Source: Octopus sinensis (taxonomy: Eukaryota). From it: a stretch of 64,000 nucleotides of DNA. A model generated the notes under the pieces. The model did not search any database and was not told the origin of the DNA. It saw nothing but the letters and a program-made list of their open reading frames with translations. A program made the translations under genes and the position numbers. Positions 23,516 to 36,431 of this stretch are shown piece by piece. The DNA lies in contig NC_043005.1 in NCBI RefSeq assembly GCF_006345805.1, forward strand, positions 31,062,001 to 31,126,000. The letters run 5' to 3'. Position 1 is the stretch's first letter. Each line of letters opens with the position of its first letter.

Positions 23516-25060
23516 ATCCATGCACTCATCTCATCCGATATTACTTAGAAACACCCATCCATCCATAAATCTCTGAATCCATGGATCCTTCTATCAATGC
23601 ATACAGGCATGCATCCATCAATCTAATCTGTCCACATCTGCTTTCATTATTTATACGTACATTAATCCACACATGAATTAATCCATGCATCCATCTATCT
23701 ATGCCTTCATCCACCAATTCCTCAATGCATCCATCTGTCTATCTTATTTCTTTACTACCCTCAAGGGGTTACACATAGAGGGGACAAACAAAGACAGACA
23801 AACGGATTAAGTCGATTATATCGATCCAAGTGCGTAACTAGTACTTATTTAATCGACCCCGAAAGGATGAAAGGCAAAGTCGACCTCGGCGGAATTTGAA
23901 CTCAGAACGTAGCGTCAGACGAAATACCTATTTCTTTACTACCCACAAGAGGCTAAACACAGAGGGGACAAACAAGGACAGACAAACGGATTAAGTCGAT
24001 TACATCGACTCCTGTGCGTAACTGGTACTTATTTAATCGACCCTAAAAGGATGAAAGGCAAAGTCGACCTCGGCGGAATTTGAACTCAGAACGTAGCGGC
24101 AGACGAAATGCCGCTAAGCATTTCGCCCGGCGTGCTAACGTTTCTGCCAGCTCGCCGCCTTATATCCATCTGTCTTTCTATCCATGCATGCATCAATTCC
24201 ATCCATGATGCATCCATCTATCCATCTATCGATCTATGTATCTATCTATTCATGAATCCATCCGTCCACCCATGCTTCCATGCCTTCATGAATTTAGCCA
24301 TGCATCCAACAGTCCAACCAGGCTTCTATCTATGCATACATCCATATAACCATCCATACATATATCCATGCATCTATTCATCAATATGTGCTTTCATCTA
24401 TTCATCTATAAATCCATCCAGACATCCATTGGTGCATCCGTTCAGGCATCCAGGCATCGAAACGTGCATCCATTTATCTACCCTCCTATGCTTTTATTCG
24501 TCGTAGCATCCATCCATCTAGCCATCTATCCAGTCATCCATGCAACCATACATGCATTCAACTATCTATGCATCTATCCATACACGCATGCATGAACGAT
24601 CCCTCATCCATCCATCCAGGCCCCTCCACACATCCACAATCTTTCTATCCATCGATACATTTATCAATTTATCTTAGTATCCACGAATTCAGCTATCTAT
24701 GCAACCATCCAATCATCCAAGCCTCCATCCATGCAACCAGACATCCATCTACCTAACCATGAATTCATCTATCCATATGTCCATCAGTCATTTCGTGCAT
24801 CCTTCCATCTACCCATCTATAAATTCATATATGCATCCATAAAAATAACCAGCATATATGTACTTCATTAAACCATCCCTGCATCCAATCATCCATCGAT
24901 TCACACGTCCATGGTTCCAACATTTCATGCATCAAAACATACATATATGCACACCCACAATCTTCCAGTCTATCGATACATCCACCGATTTATCCTTGTA
25001 TCGATGCATCCATCTGGCAATCCATCCATACGTATATATGCAAACGGATATGAAATACGA
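23512..25060. repeat. Degenerate (ATCC)n/(CATC)n satellite
   Basis: Direct reading; interrupted by the SINE dimer. Confidence 0.85.
23745..24158 (-). mobile_element. SINE dimer (one head-truncated and one complete copy)
   Basis: Two tandem reverse-complement copies of the 8762/19975 family, junction at about 23930. Confidence 0.88.
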
Positions 25061-25064
25061 CTAA

Positions 25065-28000
25065 AAAATACGTGGTATGTGTATAAATGTACGTGGTCTG
25101 GATTCGTCCTGCAAGCTTGTTCAATGACCTCTGGTGTTGCTACGTTTAAGTGTGATACCAGTGAGACTAGGATTTCTGACACGTGCACATTAGCTCCCAT
25201 TTTTTCGACTTTGATACCTACCCATCTTTTAGTTGGGCACGAATACGAGGTATGGTGAAAGTGCTGGTTGGGAAAGACATAGATCATGAGATACGAACGA
25301 TCTCCATGGAAACCTGGATGGTAAGTTGGTGGTCCTGGATGTGAGCAATAGCGAAAGAAGTGCTTTTAGACTAATCGCTGTGTACGCTCCGATTGGGGCG
25401 GGATAGCCAGATTTATTCAGACGTTTGGAGGTTTTCCCTGGGACGTATCGGTCTTCAGTACTAGGGGGCGACAGGAACGTCATCTTGGGTGCACGCCTGG
25501 ATAGGGTGGGGCTAGCTGATAGTGTGTATGAGTATGTGTGTGTAAAAGCTTCACAAACCTACTCAGCCGTTGCTGTGTAGACTACAAATTTGTGATCTGT
25601 ACAACCGACTTAGATAGAATCCATAAGCAGGGCCTGGATACTGGAAGCTGAACGCGTCTTTCCCGGCGCATCAAGCTTTTAGAGACCGGGCTAGTAACTT
25701 ATTCTATCGGAATTATCGGGTGCAATCGTCAACAACTGATAGCAAGTAGGCCTGGAAAGGGTTATTTGAGTAGAGACATTAGGGTTTAGTCAGGAATAAG
25801 CGTTAGAGGAATCCAGAATAGAGGGAGACCTTGTTAGGAAACTAGAAGAAACACTTAGTAGAGGCATAGCGACCGATGTGTTGGGAGCAAGATTGGTTAT
25901 TGGTTAAATCTTCAGTGCCAAGCACGAAGGTTGCGTTGTCAGAACAAGGGCATATGCACTAAGATACGAGGGGATGGAAGCCGTTCGATGGGCCCGGGTG
26001 GCGGAGACGCAACGTGAAACAAACCCACAATTCAGTCTTTGATGGGCCAGGACTGACACATGCTATTTTAGTTCAAGCAGACATGTGCAGAATTTCAGAA
26101 GCACTTTGATGACCTGTGCGGAGCGCGCGGTAGGGCAGAGTCGGAAGTGGATTTCACCTCCTACCATAACAGCATGCCACGCCTCTCGGCCACGGATACG
26201 GAGTTCTGTGAAATGCCGATAACAGCCGAAGAGAAGTCTCTGGGGCCTGGATGGTCTGTCCCTCGAGCTTTATCTTCATATGTCAGACTTTTTCGGTGAT
26301 CTTTTGGCGGATGTCTAAAGCAACTGACAACAGAACGGGAGAATTACCAGTGCTGTGAGCCGTGTCATAGTGGTGCCGCTGAGGAAAGGTCCGAACAAGG
26401 GGGACCAAAGAAAAGAATTTAGGTCCGTAACTCTGTGAAATACTGATTACAAACTTTTGGTCAAGGTGATAGCCAAGAGACTGGCATGTATCGATAAGCT
26501 GGTCGGTGATATATAGACATGCGCTATCCCAAATAGATATGTCTACGACAACCTCCACTTCACGCATTACACCATAGAGAGGGCTGGTAAGGAAGCTGGC
26601 ATAAATGGGATCATGGTCAATTTCGATCAGTGAAAAGCTTTCGGTAAGTTGACCGCCAATACTTGGTGGCTGTCCTTACATCGGCCGGTTTCGGTCTTAT
26701 TTTCAGAGGCTGAATCGCTGCAATGTACAGCAACATCTATTCGGTGGTCGAAGTGAATGGTCACTTACCGGAATCATTTACTATCGCATGTTCGGTCCGT
26801 CAAAAATGCACACTCTCACCCCTCCTGTATGTGCTGGCTCTCGAGCTATTGCTACGGAATCTGGTTGTTTCGAAGGACACCGCGCGTGAACTAGGATGTG
26901 GAAGGTTCGTGTCGGCGTATGCAGACGACGTCACCGTAATAGTATGGGACATATCGGATATCGAGGTGATCGGCACTCTCCTAAGGGAGTATAAAGTGGT
27001 GGCAGGAGAAATTGGTGGGTATGCAGCTCGGCACTTGGAGAGGCTGGTTCATGTGAAGCGGCAGCGTTGTAGGGTGCTGGACGGAAGGTCCGGTTGAATT
27101 GTTTGGAGTCTGGTTTGGGCTAGACCTCCAGGTGAACAAGAATTTTTTTGGAGGTGGGAGTGATGCTCAGAGTGGCCAGTCCTACCAAGAAATAAGCAGA
27201 GAGGAAGCTGTCCTTGAAGGGTCAAGCGGAGCTGGCTAATGTGTTCATTGATTCTATCATCTACTACAGTTTGACCGTCGTCCCTTGCTCTGCCAATAGG
27301 GCAATGCAATGGATGACAGTTCCACATTGGAGTTCAATAGGGAATTGGTGATGGGCAAGAGCGATGACGTCCTCGTGAAATCCCTGGGCATAGGGAGAGA
27401 TCTATTGGCTGCTCTTTTCCGGAGGACTTTCAGGCCGGGACCTATGGATAACTTCCAGAAACTCTTGGCCACGCAGAGACAGGCTTTACAGACACGGAAG
27501 TGATGTCAGATGGACCTATCCGAGATGTGAGCAGGGCGATAAAGCTGTCCTGCATCCACTCGACCATTGTCTGGAAATTACCGACTAGTAGAGATTTGTC
27601 AAGCAGCTGTTGTCGTGGTGTAGGAGGGACCCTACTTCTTTTGACCGGGAAGAGCAGGCAGTTTTTCTCTATCTGGTAGTTTTGGTGAAAGAAGTAGTGT
27701 GGTTGACGAGGTTGAAAGGACCAAAGATAGACACCTTCCAAATTCGGCCAAGGCGGGTGAATGTGGCGAGGATGATTCGTATGAATGGGTCTACTCTGAG
27801 CATGCGCCTGTAGGCCGGAATGAATGGAGAGGGTACCCACCCGAGGTGCCTTTGGTATTCATGGTGTCCAGGATGAGTAGGGTTCCTTGGTTGCTCCTTG
27901 GGTAGAGCTTCCCCTCTTTTGGACAATTTTATTCGGATTTTTATTGTTATTTTTTCGTCTTCGGGGACTCTCTGGCCGCCGGGAGAGATCAATTGGCTGG

Positions 28001-28200
28001 TCTTTTCCAGAGGACTTACGGACCGGGACTTATGAATAACTTCCAGAAACTTTTGGCCACGTAGTGCTACATGGTGGTGGTGGGGCTCTGTCAATTCGGG
28101 ACAAGCTTTACAGACACGGAAGTGTTGTCAGACGGACCTATCCGAGACGTGAGCAGGGCAATGAAACTGTTCTGCATCCACCCATCTGGGCATTGCCGAC
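25065..28200 (+). mobile_element. Degenerate Tx1/L1-like LINE ORF2 with a duplicated 3' fragment
   Basis: APE-like CINVRGL start; RT motifs VRQKCTLSPLLYVLALE and SAYADDVTV; 27380-27560 is repeated in diverged form at 27975-28180. Confidence 0.75.
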
Positions 28201-28279
28201 TTGTAGTAATATTGTTATTGTTATTTTCTTATTCTTTCCTCATTGTTATTGTTGCTGCGGTCGTTGTAGTTATTCATTC

Positions 28280-28553
28280 ACTATTATTCTTCCTTTCTTT
28301 TTATTATTTTCATTATTACTAGATCTTTATGGCTCTACACCAAAATTACTATCCACTAGTCCCTTGTGATATGAAACTGGCAATTGTGGGATCACTCATT
28401 ATTGTCCACATAATCCTTCTTCTTCTTTGTAACTATTTATAAAGCGAATTGGACATGCATTATAACTTAACTAAATATAGATATCTGCAAAGAAAAAGAA
28501 AGAGAAAAGCAGTGGGGTATACAAGAAATACAAGACATACATAGTACTTATGT
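28280..28553 (+). repeat. 274-bp direct repeat, copy A
   Basis: Matches 36432-36706 with 5 substitutions and 1 indel by eye. Confidence 0.9.
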
Positions 28554-28950
28554 ACAGAGACTTGAAAAAAAATAGCAGTCTCTATCTTCTTCTTCTCCTT
28601 CCTTCCTTCTTACTGTTTGAATCACTTTAACCAAATTTTAGCAGGCCGGATTTTTGATCATCACGGTACATCGCCAGCGACTCCCTGAAACTCTCCCTTG
28701 AAATCCCCGTTGAGAAATACTGATCTAAAAGAATAATTCAACAATGCAATTATTTGATCAACAAAAAAATTATGAAACGCTTCTACGTACTTCCCTATTG
28801 AGGAAATGGAACACATAAGCGCAAAAATAGAGGCATTAAATGCTTGATTTTAAAACCAAAATAATTGAATTTTGATTGAACTTCATCCAAGTTTAGCTTA
28901 ATTCGCGCGTGCATAGAACGCACGAGCGCACGAGCCGAGCAATACTGCTA

Positions 28951-29015
<65 letters not shown>

Positions 29016-29519
29016 TATATATTTATTTGTGTGTGTCTTTGTGTATTCGTACTCCTCCCATCGCTTGACAACCGATGTTGGTGTGTTTATATGCGTCTAT
29101 AAGGGTATTTGATCTTGTTTGTAGCAATGTAGGTGCCACCCTGTACCCTCAATCACTATTAGTGATCATTGAACTTCTCGTTTTTGTTTTTATATTGTGT
29201 CTAGCCACCTTCGTTGTTTTATAATTTTCACATTACTATTTTTGATAAATTAGTAATGGTAAATACTATATATTGACAGGTAGGATTTAGCTACCTGACA
29301 GATAGGATTTAGCGTCCCGTCCAGGTGGGGAATATATACCCTATGGAAACCGGGAAACTAGGCTTTATGAGTCGTTATGACTTGAAAAAAGAAAACGTTA
29401 CTTTTCATATACAGCCGAGAGAAACTCAACTATATTTGAATATATATGTTGTTACACAATGCGCTTTCTCGCAACATTGTTGTAGCTTTCAAATTATCTC
29501 ACCCCACACTGGTCAGGCG

Positions 29520-31145
29520 GATAGGCCATATATATATATGGAGGATCCAATGCCACCCAGTACACTTCAGGAAAGAAGAAATCTGGAAGGCACCGAAGAA
29601 CCTGTAAGTTCTACCTGCGGGGCAAATATTGGCATGGTGAGGACGGCAAAAACTGCCGGTTCGCCCACCCGACACCCCGCCAGAACTACAGGGGACTCAA
29701 AGAGAAAAGCTTTACCGAGGGAACACAAGAAATGTCTCCCAGGAAAACTTTCAAAAACGAAGTGCGCTACTCAGATGTTCTGCGCAACGCAGCAGCTGAG
29801 CAAGAGTCGTTTTTATGCATGGCGGAAAGAATTGTCCGGCAGCTAACCTGGCTACACCAAGCACAGAGAAGGAACCCTGCCCACCACTATGCAAGACCAT
29901 CACAGTCAACAGACACGGGATGGCCTCCCCTAACGCCTGCACAGCCGTCACCCCAATACTTTTACTAAATATTGGGGGCCTGTTGCATCAAAATAGAAAC
30001 AAAATTTCTTTCCTGAGAGATCTTACTGCATGCAATCAAGCCCTATGCATAGCACTTGTGGAAACTCACCTCAACCTTGATATAGAGGACACAGAAGTAC
30101 ACATACAAAACTATGCCATACTGCGAACAGACAGAAGGGAAAGGAGATGACCTCACACCCCAGGTCTTGATGACATACTCAAATTCGGTATGTGACACCT
30201 TAATTGTATACATAAGACAACATAATATAGTCATATGCAATACATATTGCCCACCGGATGCCCCAAATCACAAAGGCAAGTTTGAAGATTGCCTCACAAG
30301 AATTAAAGAAATCCTCATGAATCTGGAACACCATGTGACCATATTTCTTATGGGTGATTTCAACTTCCCCAACGTCAAATGGCCCGAAGGTCACATACTC
30401 TCAGGAATGAATCATTGCAAGCAAGTACAGGTGGAGTTCCTGCTCAACCTCACCAATGCCTTATTCATGGAGCAAGTTGTACTCAAGCCAACTAGGGCGA
30501 ATAACATTCTGGATCTCTGCTTCACGAACAATATGGACATCATTCATGATGTGAAAGTGACACCGACATCAGTTTCGGATCACAACATAATAGAGCTGTC
30601 TATGTTTGGGCCGAAAGTAACCAGAGACATACAGCCTAAAGGAATCACCCGAAATCTCTCCAATCTGAACTTCCACTAAGCAGATTGGAAATCGATCCAA
30701 AAAGAGATCCTCAGAGAGGACTGGCCGGAATGTCTCTCCACACCAGACATTGACATGAAACTAGAATGTTTCATGTCTTCTGTGCAAGCCGTATGCCAGA
30801 AATATGTCCCAGAGCACAAGGCCAAAATAAATAGGAGCAAGATTCCAAGAGACAGGAAGATCCTCATGAGACGACGGACGAAGGTTGCAAATCGTCTCAA
30901 CCAACATTCCAAAAGTATCGAAACGTCCCGCCTAAAAACAACACTGATGGAGATCGAAAAAAGGCTGCAACAATCCTATGTGAAGGAGAAAGCAGACAAA
31001 GAAGCCTGGGTTATAAAAAACATTAAATCAAACCCAAAGGCTTTCTTTCATTACGCGAAAGAAACAGTCTCAGTGCACTACAAGATAGGACCCCTCCTCC
31101 AAAAGGATGGCTCCCTCACAGACAGTCCAACTATGATCAGTGAGA
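29520..31145 (+). mobile_element. CR1-like LINE 5' part (ORF1 end and APE endonuclease), truncated by the PLE
   Basis: IALVETHL, MGDFNFPNVKW, PTRANNILDLCFTN, SDHNIIE and IKSNPKAFFHY motifs; frameshifts; ends at the pLTR start. Confidence 0.8.
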
Positions 31146-31170
31146 TGTTTTGTTTTGTTCTGACAACGTA

Positions 31171-31275
31171 ATTCCTGGTTTTTCCTGAAGAGAAAGCTGC
31201 AATATGGTATCCTTATTTAATCAGAATTTGAAAATTGTGGCCTTTGAAACATGTGTAGAATGTAATAAAAGGAAT
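31171..31275 (+). ncRNA. Type I hammerhead motif in the 5' pLTR
   Basis: CTGAAGA 31185-31191; stem II GAAAGCTGCAAT/ATTGTGGCCTTT; GAAA 31246-31249; C-ATGT-G stem III; GTA triplet 31255-31257; bulged stem I (TTC/GAA, ATTCCT/AGGAAT). Confidence 0.75.
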
Positions 31276-31521
31276 TCTGTACAATCTTCGTTCAACTCCA
31301 TTTCTTCTATTCACTAATTATATTAAACTTCAATTATCCGCGCCAACGCACGGTTGCAACACCATATGGTCATATCTCCAACCGTGTTTTTTCTGCTGTG
31401 ATTTTTGCTACCCAGGCATCGGTTAAACTTTTGAGTAATCCGTAACAAGATAATTCATCTTTCCATTTCAACAAACATATACCGCTTCGCCAAGAAACTG
31501 CTACATTAACCGATACCGAAA

Positions 31522-34211
31522 ATGGAGTTGTTCGAGATTGATGCGTCCCTTAAGGATATTCCTATACCACCGAAGGATGCCTTCCTTAAGGAATTGGTTT
31601 GCAAAACTAACGCTTTCATAAACCGGATTAGATGGCTTGTTTTCTTCCATGACAACGAGGATCTAAAATTGAATCGGGCAGCAGCATCGTCCGAATATTG
31701 TGGGCTTTTTAAGTCGATGGATACACCGCCACCTAACCCATGACTGAAGAAGTTTGAGGATGACTTGTGGGACATCGTAAGGAAGATTAAGTTCAGGAAG
31801 TCACCCAGGAGAAATGAACACCTCAGATACCTAGAAAAAATTACCAAGGATATTAATAGGTCGGATGGAATCTTGGTCCAGTCTGACAAGACTAGGAACA
31901 CGTATAAGTTACCCATTAGGCAGTACTTAGATTTACTCGGAAAAGAGATCAAGAAGAATTATAGAACAACTAATTGGAACACACTGAGAAAAGTAAATTT
32001 GGAGATTAAGGAAATAATGTTTAAATACGGAATTCAAATGAGAACGCAGCCGCTTAGCCCTAAACAACCTAGATTCATAGTGAAGGACCACAAACCGAAT
32101 TTCTACACCAACCCAGCGTTAAGACTCATATGCCCTGCTAGTTCCGATATCGGGACCATCAGTAAGTATATTTTAGATAAATATATCCCTAGTTTAGTAA
32201 ATAAGCTGAAGCTTAGCCTCTGGGCTAACTCCTCGCAGGTCGTGAAGTGGTTCTCTTCCATCCCTAATAAGAACCGTACTAGGTTTATTCAGTTTGATAT
32301 TGCTAGCTTCTACCCCTCGATTAACCCGAGTGTACTAAATAAGGCCCTGTGGCATGCTCACAACAAGGCAGGCCTCACTAGAGAAGAAATTGATATTATT
32401 TTAGTTGCCCGAAAATCATTTATAAAGTTTGAAAATAAGTTGTGGATTCGTAAAGATACTCCCAACGAGTTCGATGTGCCTATGGGTAGTTCGGATAGCG
32501 CGCAGATAGCCGATTTGGTCGGAATCTATATTCTCTACGAATTATCCGACCAATTCCCGGACATCGCGGGCGGCCTGTATCGTGACGATTGTCTGTTTTA
32601 CCTGCAAAACACCACGAACAGAATCGTACAGAAAACTAAAAATAGGTTAGCTAGGTTCTTTAATAGAATGGGCATGAATATAGTTTTTGATAATGAACTT
32701 ACTAAGGCTAATTTCCTAGCGATTCATACTGCCCTTACCATAAGCCTTCCACTAATTTAAAGTATGTCAGTGTCTTCTCCAATCATGCCAAAACTATAAC
32801 AGACAATTTGGTTAAAAATATCTCTCTAAGATTGTCTAATTTGTCCGCTAGTGTCGACATTTTTATGCAGAAAGCGGAATTTTATAACGCCGCACTATCC
32901 AAAGCCGGTTATAGGCAGAAGGTAGTATATATTGATCCAGCCCTTCCGATGCTACCATTCGGTCATCAGGATAGGGCCGTCTATAATAACATAAATACTT
33001 TAAGTAGGGATGGGAGCGGGGGGAGTGTTGGAGCAGGTACTTCTGGATTTAATTTAGGGAACATAGATAATTTACGGTCCGGGGGAGTTCATACTAAACC
33101 AAAACCTTTTATTCAACCTAGAAACACCCACCTTAATGTCAGAGCTGGCTCCCCGACACATCACAAAAATAGGAATAAACATATTTGGTTTGTAATTCCC
33201 TTTGGTAAGCAGATTAGAACTAATCTTCCCCTCCTGTTTCGCCAAGCCATTGCCAGTAACTTTCCCAGGAATTCCAAATATTACTCCCCGGTTAACTCAC
33301 ATAAAGTTAGGATAGCTTTCTCCAACACAAAAAAACTTTCCCAGATAATCGCCTCCCATAATAATAGGCTGCTTATTAAGACCCTATCACCATTGTCCGG
33401 AGGCGCAGCTCCGTCTAATTCCAGTTTAACGCGCAGTAGGAATAATAATAGTAATAATGATAAAAGAGCCAGTACAGTGACTGGGAATCTCCGTACTAAC
33501 CAGGGAGTAAATAATAGGATTTACGATAGAAGAAATGGTGATGATAATAACGTTAGTAATGGTAATAGGGAGGTGAGCGCAGTTCGGGTCATTAATGTAG
33601 AGAGTCCTAATAGCAACTTTAGCAACGTTTCCGACAATAGTTGTTCCACGGATACTAGCAATCACAGCGTTCTCAGTGATAGGGAATACACGGGGGATTG
33701 TCCGTTAATTAGTATTGATAACGAGGAGTATAATGTAGTAGGCGGCCGCAGTTCTCACAGTCATTATAGTAATAAGAACGCAGTATTAATATCAGAAGCA
33801 AATCCCAATAGAATTAGGTTCTTGTCTAGTAACTCCAAGATCAGAAATGCCATTTACCAATGCAATGTTTACACGGATTCAGATGTCTACTCGTATGTCG
33901 GAGCCTCATCGTCAAAATTGGCCTTGAGATTATCGAACCATTTCGCAACTTTTCGCGACGTTAATAAATACCAAGCTACAGGACTTAGCAAACTTATCTG
34001 GCGTTTGAAGAACGCGAATTCAGTTTTTAGGCTGGAATGGTCGATTTTGTCGGTAGCCCTCCCGTTTGATAGAGGCAGAAGGATATGTAATCTTTGTAAC
34101 TCTGAGCTTTTCCACATATTGTTCGCCAGAGGCCGTTTGGTAAACGGGCTTTTACAGACTGCTTTTCGATGTCCACATTGGCGGCGTCATACGTTTCTTA
34201 CATATAAATGA
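31522..34211 (+). pseudogene. PLE polyprotein (RT, thumb, GIY-YIG) with one nonsense codon and one frameshifting deletion
   Basis: FIQFDIASFYPSI, FDVPMGSSDSAQIADLVG, GLYRDD; TGA at 31741-31743; frame shift near 32718 (ANFL to SDSYCPYHKP); IYQC..YVGASS..RLSNH and CNLCNSE..CPHWRRH. Confidence 0.9.
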
Positions 34212-34808
34212 TACCTAAGACAATTAACACCTTGATACCCTATTAAAATGAAAATAATTTTTGGAAATAATTAAAAAAAAATCTCTGAATAACTCTTGCA
34301 AGGGGAAACTACTCCCATTAGGCGATTGGTCGGTTTTTTAGAAGCAAACGCTGGAATTATATACCCCCCTGATTCTTTGACGAGGATAATTTTTTATACA
34401 AGCAGGCCACAGACGGACACACGAACACAGAATTATTTCAGCCGCCTGACAGGATTTTCAGCAGTGCTCATTATCTAGCGCCCCTCGCCAACATACGGTG
34501 GCGCACACATAGGCTAGTATACACACACATGCTTTTAGGTAGGGATTGTCTCGCACCTAAATAATACACCCTGAATTATTTGGTCACACAGAACATCTCC
34601 ACATCCCTTGTTCTCATTAATCCCTCACCTACTAGATTTGACCGCGGCCTGACCTTGATTTATTCCAACGGACCTTTTTGTCGGCCCCCTCCAACCAACC
34701 CCCCGATTTCAACGTACATTGATAAACATTTTACCCATGGGCTCTTAAGGAGCGTCCTCGTTCGAATTGCTTTGCTGCGCCTTTGTTTTGTTTTGTTCTG
34801 ACAACGTA

Positions 34809-34914
34809 ATTCCTGGTTTTTCCTGAAGAGAAAGCTGCAATATGGTATCCTTATTTAATCAGAATTTGGAAAATTGTGGCCTTTGAAACATGTGTAGAAT
34901 GTAATAAAAGGAAT
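34809..34914 (+). ncRNA. Type I hammerhead motif in the 3' pLTR
   Basis: Same as the 5' copy: CTGAAGA 34823-34829, GAAA 34885-34888, GTA 34894-34896. Confidence 0.75.
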
Positions 34915-35107
34915 TCTGTACAATCTTCGTTCAACTCCATTTCTTCTATTCACTAATTGTATTAAACTTCAATTATCCGCGCCAACGCACGGTTGCAACA
35001 CCATATGGTCATATCTCCAACCGTGTTTTTTCTGCTGTGATTTTTGCTACCCAGGCATCGGTTAAACTTTTGAGTAATCCGTAACAAGATAATTCATCTT
35101 TCCATTT

Positions 35108-35112
<5 letters not shown>

Positions 35113-35154
<42 letters not shown>
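35113..35154. repeat. (TA)n shared by two tail-to-tail PLEs
   Basis: Direct reading. Confidence 0.95.
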
Positions 35155-35157
<3 letters not shown>

Positions 35158-36390
35158 AAAAGTAAAGAGTGAAAAAACTACAGAAGGCTTAAATGTTAAA
35201 AAATATATATATTTGCGTCAATATGTCTGAAGAATATTAGAAAATTAAAAAAAAAATTTTTTTCTCTTATAATGACATAATTTAAAAGAAAGACCGGTTT
35301 CGCGTGTAGCTTTTCAAATTTCTTGCGACGTTATGTTTATGTTGAATAGAGTTTTCGTTATGTTTATGTTCAGAAGAGTTCTAAATAAGGGAAGGTAGTG
35401 AGTGATTTCTTCCTGTGTAAGGGAGATAATCGCTTAAAAATGTTTTCCTTTCCCTTGGTGTGAATTTCTCTGTATCAGTATGTTCGGATGGTTGAGTCTG
35501 GGCTTGTACTTTTCAATGAAGAATGTTTCCTTGTTTAGTCTAAAGCACATTGGTAAAATGGAAAGATTAAAAATTGTGGTAGTAGTTGCTTTGCGCATTT
35601 CTCAATGTGCTCACTAAAAGGTATCATTCTATATTCTGGGAATGCAATCTGTTGTCGATGCAGTGTGCATCTACGTCTGAGTGATAGTCCCGTGGAACCC
35701 ACGTAGTCTTGGTGGCAGCCCGAGCATTTTATGACATAAATTATGTTTTCAGAGGCACAAGTAAAGTTAGATTTGATCTTGAATTTCTGTCCCTCTTTAA
35801 AGAGGAATTCTTATCCTTCTAGCAGGTTAGGGCATGTTGCACAGTTCGATCTACCACATTTTTTTACTTTTGCATCCGTAATTTCAGAAGACAATTTTGC
35901 CTTTGTGAGAATCTTTTAAAGTGATTTAGGCTGTTTGTAGCTTTTAATGATTTGGTGTATGTTTAGAATTTCCTTTAATTTGGGGTCTTTATGAAGTATT
36001 GGTAAATTCTGGGTGATGATGGTGAAGGCTTCTTTGTTTCTGGGGTTGTATGTAGATATGTAAGGTAGTATTTTCGGGTAAGGTGTGTTGTTGTGTTGAA
36101 CTTTTCTTAAAGTTTCTATGTTGATTTTTGTTGCACGTCTGATCCCATCCTCTATGAGTTGAGCTGGGTAATGTCTGTCAATTAGGGTGTTTTTGAGTTC
36201 TTGCAGTCTAAAGTTCCTGGTATTTTGTTCTGACACTATTGTGCATATCCTTCTTGCAAGGTTGAAGGGGATGTTTGTTTTAGTGTGTCTTGGGTGGCAT
36301 GAATTAAAAAGAAGGTATTGTTTGGCGTCTGTGGCTTTGTAAAAAATGTCTGTTTCTATTTTAAGGTTAATTTTTTTAATTAGTATATCC
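35155..36390 (-). mobile_element. 5'-truncated Neptune-like PLE (RT thumb, Cys knuckle, GIY-YIG)
   Basis: FYKATDAKQYLLFNSCHPRHTKTNIP, LPYISTYNP, CGRSNCATC, IYVIKCSGCHQDYVGSTG; several stops. Confidence 0.85.
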
Positions 36391-36431
36391 AAAAAAAAAA
36401 AAATTAACCTTAAAATAGAAACAGACATTTT
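36343..36431. repeat. Perfect 35-bp inverted repeat at the PLE 5' junction
   Basis: 36343-36377 is the reverse complement of 36397-36431; 19-nt spacer. Confidence 0.9.

Larger units (their letters stand above)
31146..35112 (+). mobile_element. Near full-length Penelope-like element (RT plus C-terminal GIY-YIG, probably Hydra-type)
   Basis: Direct pseudo-LTRs 31146-31473 and 34784-35112 differ by 1 substitution and 1 indel; single long ORF between them; 3' end in (TA)n. Confidence 0.92.

Noticed and set aside
24108-25064. His/Pro/Ile-rich ORFs
   Set aside because: These are translations of the degenerate (ATCC)n satellite.
31741-31743. In-frame TGA in the PLE ORF as selenocysteine or an A-to-I-edited Trp codon
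   Set aside because: There is a single TGA, no SECIS that I can support, and a separate frameshifting deletion near 32718 already disables this copy; an ordinary nonsense mutation is simpler.
35285-35385. Possible minus-strand hammerhead in the Neptune-like 3' end (CGAAACCGGTC)
   Set aside because: Only the 3' half is present; no CTGANGA is positioned next to stem II, and a 15-bp duplication disrupts the region.
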